From Bdellovibrionales bacterium (GTDB lineage Bacteria; Bdellovibrionota; Bdellovibrionia; Bdellovibrionales; UBA1609): 64,000 nucleotides of DNA. Made by a program: the position numbers and the translations under genes. The stretch lies in contig CBDBIB010000001.1 in the NCBI GenBank assembly GCA_965205945.1, forward strand, positions 576,001 to 640,000, given 5' to 3'. The notes beneath the pieces are model-generated. The model did not search any database. It saw only the letters and a list, made by a program, of their open reading frames with translations, and was not told the DNA's origin. Every line of letters starts with the position of its first letter. Position 1 is the first letter of the stretch. Shown in pieces: positions 61,143-64,000 of this stretch.

Positions 61143-61268
61143 TCTAAAAAATTCTAAACTGCTTTCTTTAAAATACCCTTCCTTTAGTAGTATGTTTTTT
61201 TTAAAGCACATAAAAGAGTCTTATGATTTTAAGATAAACTTATATCACCACCAAATTTAAATTTATAA

Positions 61269-63239
61269 TTACCAAATTTTCACTCTATCTTTTTTAGCTA
61301 AAAACATTTTATCCCCAGTTTTACAAGAAAAAGCCTCCATAAATCCAACCTGATGCTTAACCTGTTCATTGACTCTTGCCTTAGGAAGTGAATGAGTATC
61401 TGTTTTAATTCTTAATTTTTTAGCCCCAGGAGTTGCAACGCTACACCATGAACGCCCATACTGTATAAAAAATTCCCTTTTCTTTTTAACATCACCTTCT
61501 CCCCTTGGAAAAGCTGCATTATATGAAGTTGTTAGGCCAACAAGATCGCCAATATTTTCCCCTAATGTAAGTCTACCATTATGACCTATTTTATCAAATT
61601 GAGCGACAAGCTTATCCCCCCTTTTCTTAAATTCATTTAAATCTTGTTTAGTCATCCAGGGTCTTAAACGACCTTTATAATCAAATTTAGAACCTTGATC
61701 ATCTATACCATGACCAAGCTCATGACCTATTACCATTCCAATTGCACCAAGGTTTATATGATCCTCTAAATTTTGATCGTAAAAAGGATACTGTAAAATC
61801 CCAACTGGCATTACAAATTTGTTTGCGCTTGAAGAATAGTAGGCATTCACCATTAACGGCCCCCAGCCCCAGGTTTTATTGCTTTTTTTCTTACTAAAAC
61901 TTTTTATAGCTTTTTTATTCTCTAAACTTGTTCTAAGCTTTTTATTTGCTATATAATCTGTAGCAGAATAATCACCAGCAGGAACAAAATCCCATTCTTT
62001 TTTATTATTTGGTCTAACTACCTGCAAAAAAGCTTTCTTCATTTTATATTTAGCATTTTTTTTCCCCTCAAAACTTAACCATGTGTTTTTAGTAAGACTA
62101 TCTTTTAAAGATTTTCTTATTTTACTAACCAATTTTAAGAATTTCTTTTTAGAAAACTTCCCAAATAATTTTGAATACAGCTCATAATCAAGCTCTTTCA
62201 TAAAAGAACTTTTAACATAATTAGTGCATACTTCCTTAAGTTCAGGCCTTGTCTTTGGTCCTCCTAAAAATTTATTATTAAATGCAAATTTTTTCTTATA
62301 GTATTTAACATAACCATAATCCATTTCCTTAGATAAGGCCTGATATAAATAAACTGATTTTAACTGCTTAAGACTATACTTAGATAAAGCTTTTTTCATA
62401 AAATTATAGTTTTTAGGAATCATATTTCTAATTAAAGTTTTTTTAGGTATTTTGTTTAAAAAAGGTTCTAACTTAAATTCTGGATATTTAGATAACAACT
62501 CTTCTTTAGAGATCTTACTAGGCGTTGTCCAAATAACTCTCCACTCTTTTGGTGTTGGATATGTTTGATCAAATTCTTTTTCAAAAGAAATCACTAAATC
62601 CGCTCTAACTACAGCAGTATCCACATTAATCTCTTTAAAAAACCTTATTAAAAGCTGCCTATAGTTTTTTATTAATTTCTTATTTTGATAATAACTTCTT
62701 TCTGGCAACCCTCTTAAATCTTGCACTAAAAACAAATCTTTCACTTTTGGATTCTGCTGATTGCTACCAGAACCAAAGTCTAAAAAAGCAAACTCACTTG
62801 TTCCTACTTTTGAACCTAAAAATTTTTGAAACTCATCATGCGTCTTAATCTTTAAAACTTCATCAACAACACGTTTAACTTCATTTTTTTCAGCTAAAGC
62901 CCTTGCCTGAGTGTTCATACATGCTGAAAAAATATCACTAAGTTCAACCTCACCTTTTGTTTTATTTTCTTGATTTAAAAGCCCTATTAAATATTTTTTT
63001 TTACTCTCCAACAACCGCTCTGCAGAATCAGAAAAAGAAAATGTATGAGATGTCCTGTCATCTCTTAGTTTAAAAGACTCTCTAACCTTAGAACAGGTGT
63101 ATTTATAAAAATCATCACAAGGATTTACTTTTTTATTTACAAGAAACTCTCTACGCTCAGGAATCTTGCTTGATGGAACAACCCCAGCTCTTGCCAATAA
63201 GGATATAAATACAAATATAAAAAATACTATTTGAATCAT
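61269..63239 (-). CDS. M13-family (neprilysin/PepO-like) zinc metallopeptidase, exported
   Basis: VNPCDDFYKYTC, VNAYY, IGHELGHG, GENIGD, DTHS. Confidence 0.95.
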   Translation of the reverse strand: MIQIVFFIFVFISLLARAGVVPSSKIPERREFLVNKKVNPCDDFYKYTCSKVRESFKLRDDRTSHTFSFSDSAERLLESKKKYLIGLLNQENKTKGEVELSDIFSACMNTQARALAEKNEVKRVVDEVLKIKTHDEFQKFLGSKVGTSEFAFLDFGSGSNQQNPKVKDLFLVQDLRGLPERSYYQNKKLIKNYRQLLIRFFKEINVDTAVVRADLVISFEKEFDQTYPTPKEWRVIWTTPSKISKEELLSKYPEFKLEPFLNKIPKKTLIRNMIPKNYNFMKKALSKYSLKQLKSVYLYQALSKEMDYGYVKYYKKKFAFNNKFLGGPKTRPELKEVCTNYVKSSFMKELDYELYSKLFGKFSKKKFLKLVSKIRKSLKDSLTKNTWLSFEGKKNAKYKMKKAFLQVVRPNNKKEWDFVPAGDYSATDYIANKKLRTSLENKKAIKSFSKKKSNKTWGWGPLMVNAYYSSSANKFVMPVGILQYPFYDQNLEDHINLGAIGMVIGHELGHGIDDQGSKFDYKGRLRPWMTKQDLNEFKKRGDKLVAQFDKIGHNGRLTLGENIGDLVGLTTSYNAAFPRGEGDVKKKREFFIQYGRSWCSVATPGAKKLRIKTDTHSLPKARVNEQVKHQVGFMEAFSCKTGDKMFLAKKDRVKIW

Positions 63240-63404
63240 TAAAACTCTCTCCTTTTTAACAAAAACACTACCCTAACAAAAGTTATTTCACAAAAACTTA
63301 ACAAAAAAATATACCTTATCAGCCAACAACAATTGCTCTAAAAACATACGTGGGTTTTTAATATAAAAAGCCCTTTATATAATTTGATCACAAACAACTA
63401 AAAT

Positions 63405-64000
63405 CTAGACTGTTCTTTGAGCACACCCCGTATACTCACTTAAAGGTCTAACTATTCTATTATCTAAAGCCTGCTCCATAATATGTGCTGACCAACCCGT
63501 AATTCTACTCATTACAAAAATTGGAGTAAACATATCAATTTCAAAACCCATCATATAATATGCCGGCCCTGCAGGAAAATCTAAATTTGGATAAATATTT
63601 TTTTTAGAAATCATGACATCTTCTAAAACTTGAGAAATTTCAATCCATTTAGGTTCTCCCACAAAATCAGCCATTTTCTTAGCATATTTTTTCATTGTAG
63701 GAACCCTTGAGTCACCACTTTTATAAACTCTGTGACCAAAACCCATCACTTTACGTTTTTGAACCAATGCTTTTTCCATCCACTCTTTAGCACTAGAAAT
63801 TTCGCCTACTTCTTTTAAAACATACATAACCTGCTCATTTGCCCCACCATGTAGTGGACCTTTAAGAGCACCAATTCCACCCACCACTGCAGAATAAATA
63901 TCTGATGTTGTTGATGTGATCACACGTGCTGCAAAGGTTGATGCGTTAAAAGAATGTTCAGCATATAAAATCAAAGACACATCAAAAGCCTTAACAACTT
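63405..64000 (-). CDS. prpC: 2-methylcitrate synthase / citrate synthase, C-terminal part (runs off the right edge)
   Basis: Frame is open to 64000. LYAEHSFNASTF, GPLHGGANE, GFGHRVYKSGDSRVPTM and PNLDFPAGPAY are more PrpC-like than GltA-like. Confidence 0.75.
   Translation of the reverse strand, partial: VVKAFDVSLILYAEHSFNASTFAARVITSTTSDIYSAVVGGIGALKGPLHGGANEQVMYVLKEVGEISSAKEWMEKALVQKRKVMGFGHRVYKSGDSRVPTMKKYAKKMADFVGEPKWIEISQVLEDVMISKKNIYPNLDFPAGPAYYMMGFEIDMFTPIFVMSRITGWSAHIMEQALDNRIVRPLSEYTGCAQRTV

Overview
AT-rich (roughly 30% GC by eye) bacterial chromosomal segment. Gene content suggests a Bdellovibrionota-like organism (inference): mdh-sucC-sucD-ndk operon, short Fis-type regulator, TIGR02147/DUF4423-like HTH remnant and sigma28-type promoters. 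About 26 kb is a two-gene minus-strand operon next to tRNA-Arg. The first gene encodes a 7421-aa Sec-exported protein: LamG-like tip, about 44 acidic DUF11 repeats (including a 3.6-copy near-identical 1176-bp tandem array), a linker domain, the N-terminal half of an OmpA-like domain and 9 basic DUF11 repeats. The second gene overlaps it and encodes a ~1225-aa outer-membrane beta-barrel whose N-terminus appears to carry the missing C-terminal half of that OmpA-like domain. This apparent split peptidoglycan-binding domain, plus near all-or-none Lys/Asp/Asn covariation across the repeats (predicted isopeptide cross-links), is the best candidate for an undescribed surface-display/secretion system. 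The rest is mostly housekeeping and envelope genes: purKE, nadE, TCA genes, uppP, a CBS/CGL pair, transporters, peptidases and tRNA-Phe. It also holds an Hc2/H1-like basic repeat protein, a divergent TadB/TadC-like plus Ser/Thr kinase cluster, a copper-less cupredoxin, a probable AUU start codon and pseudogene remnants. No CRISPR array, rRNA or transposase/integrase was seen. All domain calls come from motif recognition by eye; no searches were run.
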